A stretch of 64,000 nucleotides of DNA, taken from positions 558,001 through 622,000 of the forward strand of contig NC_134029.1 in assembly GCF_964204645.1 (NCBI RefSeq), written 5' to 3'. Of the stretch, positions 59,418 through 64,000 are shown piece by piece. The notes below the pieces were generated by a model. It saw nothing but the letters and a program-made list of their open reading frames with translations. It had not been told where the DNA came from and did not search any database. Each line of letters begins with the position of its first letter. Within the stretch, counting starts at the first letter, position 1. The DNA is from Tubulanus polymorphus. Lineage: Eukaryota > Animalia > Nemertea. The translations under genes and the position numbers were made by a program.

Positions 59418-59919
59418 CTAGAATAATACAAATTTTCAACCAAAAAAAAATATAATTCAATTCAGCTGCACCAGTAAATAATAATCATGTGATCATATTA
59501 TTTTGTATAAATATATAGTGGTGGTTGTTTCTGTATATTTGTGACTTGTCCAATCTTACCATCTACAATTATTAAATCTTCCAACACTGAAGAACTCCTG
59601 CGAAATGTACCACCTAAAAATAGTTACCACACATCTCTTAAACCACAACGAAATAATTGTCTAGTTTTGACGAAATGTCAAGAACGGGGAAGAGAATATG
59701 AGATATTTGAAGTGATTGATAACCCAGTGGTCTGTTCGGTTGGGATATAATCTGTTTAATAATGGTGGAATTTTTAAATTATTAACAGTCATGGGACCAT
59801 CATCCTATAGGCAAAATGTTTATGATATAATTAGTATCCTAATCTATAGAAGTAATAAGGGCTGGAATTATGTGACCTTGCTAAACTAATCACAAAATCA
59901 TTAGTTAGTCACCCATTGA

Positions 59920-60245
59920 AACCCTAGGTGGGATGGTGTTAGTATGTTTGAATATATCAGGTGACCAGCTCTTGACCAATCAAAAGCTAGGGTTAGGAGC
60001 CATGTGCTTACCCTAGGTGGGGGGGGGCTGTTTGTATGTATCAGGTGACCACTTACTTCTTGACCAATCAGAAGCTAGGGTTAGGGTTAGTGGCCATGTG
60101 CTAACCCTAGGTGGGGGGACTGTTTGTCAATATCAGGTGACCAGCTCATGACCAATCAGAAGCTAGGGTTAGGGTTAGTTGCCATGTGCTAACCCTAAGT
60201 GGGGGCTGTTTGTTTATATCAGGTGACCAGCTCTTGACCAATCAC
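59920..60245. repeat. ~85-90-bp tandem repeat x4 containing TAGGGTTAGGGTTAG and GACCAATCA
   Basis: ACCCTAGGTGGG...ATCAGGTGACCA...GACCAATCAGAAGCTAGGGTTAG repeated. Confidence 0.85.
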
Positions 60246-63200
60246 GGGCAGGCACTGTGCAGATTAGCGACCCATTCACCTATAGACAGAACACAATGTG
60301 GCTGCATATAGTATAGTGAATGTGTAGAGTGAATGACTGGTGTTTATTGGAATCGAATAAATTGAAATGATCTCCAAATCATTAACACAATTTATTACTT
60401 AGTACAACATGAATCTAACGAGGAAAGGGTTTTAAAATTCAAATACAGTTTACAGGATATCTATAAGTTTTGTTAGAACTCAGCTGATTTCAATGTTAAT
60501 ATCTAATATAAACTAGTATTCACATCGAAGTAATAACTTCCTGGTTTAATCATTTGTTTCTTTTAATTTTAGACTCATCCAGGAATTTGATGATCAAAGC
60601 TACAAATCAGTAAAACACCAACTAATAATGAATAAAAGATCTACGCAATCCGTGATTTAAACAGCTTGAAAGACTTTTATAAAAAATGATCAAATATTGT
60701 TTAAAGCCTTCCGCTGAAGGCACCCACAGAAAAGAAAATTATCACCGAGATCTTTTTATAAAATGAAAATTAGAGCATAAAATAAGACTCAAACGATCTT
60801 ATTCAACTTTTAATCGAATGTTTAAAATCAGAGAAAAAAGATTTTAAGATAGAAAACATTGAACAATAATTGGGATCTAGTTCCACAGTTCTCGGGTTGG
60901 ATTTGACTTTAGAGTTGAAAGTTAATTCAGAATGTTTTAACTCTATAAAAGTCAAATATTAAACTGATAACTGCGGAACTGGATCCATTTCCATACCATA
61001 TCCCGTCCAATTCTCATCGGTAAGTTTCTCTTTGACTAGATCCTCCATTTTTTCCGAAGCCGGTCCCATCTGATCTTTCAACGTTTTAAACCCGGCGAGC
61101 TTCTCGCGTATACCGAGCATATTCTGCATTTCAAACATCGATGTCATCTTTTTCCGTTTGTCGTTTAAATATTTATTATTCACCGTTTATGAATATTTTA
61201 CACATTAATTACGAAGTCGAAGCGATGAAATTATGAATCCTACGATATTTACTGACTGACCAGCTGTCGCTCGCCTTCTCGTCGTTCAACAATAAATATC
61301 ACTTCAGACAAGGAATAAAAATCATAAAGTTTGTATTCCGCGAAAACTTAGCTTAAAGTCGAAACATAGAGAAACTAGAAACCAGAAATCACAGAAATCA
61401 CTGATGTTTTCATCGTTTAAAATCCCGCAATTGATGAATAAATATCTTGCTTATTTTCGTTGATTTTGAGTCTAAATCATTAAGAGAACAACGATTAATA
61501 AATACATCATTGCAGAGTACGAATGTATGGAAACACGAATCAGAAATAACAATATCCTAGTCACACGCTGAGAGCTGATAATCCCCGAGTTAATCCATCG
61601 CACGCCTTAATCCATGACATTAATTAAAAAGAAAAATCTCATTTAGAATCCTCGAAATATCGTATTTTTTTCCGACAGATTGCAGTCGGTCGTAGCTCGA
61701 TGACCAAGTGAGACTGAGGGACCGCAGCACTACGCGGTGTATACGGAATGAATGACTCTAACAGCGAACAGGCAATTAACTGAAACCTCAACGAGAAGAC
61801 TCAATCTCTCTCTCTCCCTCTCTCTCACACACACACAGAAAGAGCAAGTTCATGTCGTTGAGGTAAGTATGAGATTTAACAATTAGCGATTACCACTTCA
61901 TTTCGATATCATCAATATAGTAATACACGGACATTAGTTTAAAATCACAAATATATCCGTAAACATGAAAATCCCACTATTGCAAATAAACGAAAATAGT
62001 TTGTGAAACACTACTACCAGCACCCTTCTTCGGTCTTAACTACTGTCCTACTGTTCAAATTAAGAATATACAGAGTGATTTTTTTTTACAAATTTCTGTT
62101 ATTGCAGTCATTATCAATATCTATATACACTGACTTTACTGTTGAACTGGTTTTTAGGCTCACGTCGCAATTCAGCTTTAAAAACCGACCAAATAACGTG
62201 ATTTATACATAGTATACGAACACGCTGTACATTATTAGACTGCGGTGAAAAATGAAATTGATTGAATTTACGAGAAAGAAGCCCCTTCACTGCGTGCCAA
62301 TGAAGATTTTTGCCCTCAGCTAAACTGGAAAAACACAACATCACGAGATGTTGTTTAATGTAAATTAGTCGTTGATTGAATGATGTTAATGTTTGTTATA
62401 GTTCAAAAAGCAGCATCTTATTTCTATAAACAACATTCAGTAATCACTAGCCCTCCATTCTATAAACAGGTACCTACATTCTATACTTTAGCACTATTTT
62501 TGTTCATCCACACTTCACCGGACACGAGACAGCTCGCTTTCAAAAACTGATCGGCCACAATTTCCTTACTTAGTTGGTTGCTATAGCTATGTAGTTAAAC
62601 TATATGTAGCAAGGAACTTAGCAAGAAACTTGGATAAGTAAGGTTTTATGATTACGGCTTGGTCTTCAACAGAGACATTTCTTCTAATGGAAAATGAATT
62701 ACAAACACCAGACACTGATTGTCCACACTTCACACCAGGAATGTTCGGGGCTGTAGGTTTGTGTGAAGGGGTGAGAGATTGATACCTACACACTACAGTG
62801 ACAATCAGCAGCAGAATCTGAGAGAAATATGAGATAAAATCTATCGCAATGATCTGATATCATCTGATATTCGAGTTCGCTCGTAAATAAATAGGGTTGA
62901 TTTTCTCATCTTGTCTCAACACGTTATGACTCGACTCGTAGTAAATTCCATTCCGTTTGAGATTTCTTTCATGTTTATATCAATGTCAGTTCGTAGAATG
63001 TTAATAGCTATTTCGGCTTTTAATAAAACCAGTTTTTTATTCTCTATAACCTAAATATTCTTTCTTGAAATTTTGAACAATTCTCGTGACAATAAAAATG
63101 TACCCATTTAACTCGATCAATGATAAATAAAGTTTTATAGAATTCTCCGTCTGGCCATATCACATCGAGACGCTTTGGCTCAGATCAGACCTGAGTCAAA

Positions 63201-63334
63201 TTTGGCCCGTGCCTGCCCGTTCACACGCAAACCAATCACTCATTACCAAAATACTAACAAAATGACATTAAGGTGAGTCACTTACAGAACCAGTTTCACC
63301 CGCAATGATTAATCCCCTGCTAAAATACTACACC

Positions 63335-63478
63335 GGCCTGGTCTGACACGGGCCTGGTCTGACACAAGCCTGGTCTGACACGGGCCTGGTCTGACACATG
63401 CCTGGTCTGACACGGGCCTGGTCTGACACGGGCCTGGTCTGACACGGGCCTGGTCTGACACGGGCCTGGTCTGACACT
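63335..63478. repeat. 17-bp minisatellite (GGCCTGGTCTGACACGG)n
   Basis: About 8 units. Confidence 0.95.
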
Positions 63479-64000
63479 CGTGTGATTCCAATCATAGTCT
63501 CCGGTATTGATGAAATCAATGGGTTTATAATATTTGATCTTAATGAAGTCTTGAGTTTAAATAATGAGGTATATCTCCCATATACAGAGATACAAGTAGT
63601 TCTAACTAATGGCGCAATAATTGAGACATTTTATTCCACCCAAAGGAATCCAGTAAATGTATCATAGATCAAAACATATAACAGACAGTGAATCATTGAA
63701 TTTATATCCTACATTTCATGAAATACGTCCAACACAATCGCAACTATTCATCTATCAAGTGCAATGTATAGCGCCTGAGTACCTTACCAAGCTTGAATAA
63801 TTTAGTTTTTGAAGATTTTCAGGGCAGCAGGACCCCTCAGGGGCGGATCCAGGGGCATGTTGTGACCATGTCGACCAATAAAAAGGGCATATATTCTTAA
63901 TTCAGGGTGGAAAGGCATATCAGCAAAGTTTTTGAAATTTTACTATCATTTTAGAGCTTTCTGAGCATCTCTGAGAGGCATTTAGTCAAGAAACATAGGT

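Noticed and set aside
61700-62800. Possible plus-strand first exon (AG|GTAAGT at ~61863) and minus-strand exon-like segment 62570-62785
   Set aside because: Splice-like signals only, with no supportable coding frame inside the window.

Overview
AT-rich, intron-containing animal genomic DNA, probably a marine invertebrate/lophotrochozoan (inference from gene and repeat content). I assembled the gene models by hand from GT-AG sites and reading frames, because the ORF track misses or mis-frames most exons. From left to right: (1) a secreted, divergent VWD-like gene on the minus strand; (2) a decayed, 5'-truncated CR1/L2-group LINE between ~255-bp direct repeats; (3) two tandem type I membrane paralogs, signal-2xShKT-9xSushi-TM and signal-2xShKT-4xSushi-TM, with exon-limited homogenisation; (4) an MS4A/CD20-like four-TM gene; (5) an unassigned type II membrane gene; (6) a ~3-kb tandem triplication at 36-44 kb; (7) a Tctex1-domain dynein light chain; (8) an ~18-exon ClC-3/4/5-type Cl-/H+ exchanger with a U12-type intron and candidate alternative first exons. 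The main discovery is in the triplication: each copy carries a tiny prepropeptide gene (42-50 aa; signal peptide, short pro-region, RVAR furin site, then a hypervariable C-N-P-x4-C cyclic peptide: LCNPYLDDCC, VLACNPDIEDCSS, SCNPFEKNCY). Between copies 1 and 2 every codon change alters the amino acid, while the adjacent flank is almost identical, which is toxin/pheromone-like evolution. The same cluster carries Penelope-type palindromes with hammerhead ribozyme cores and variable-number hairpin arrays upstream of each promoter. Most long ORFs in the track are translations of simple repeats.
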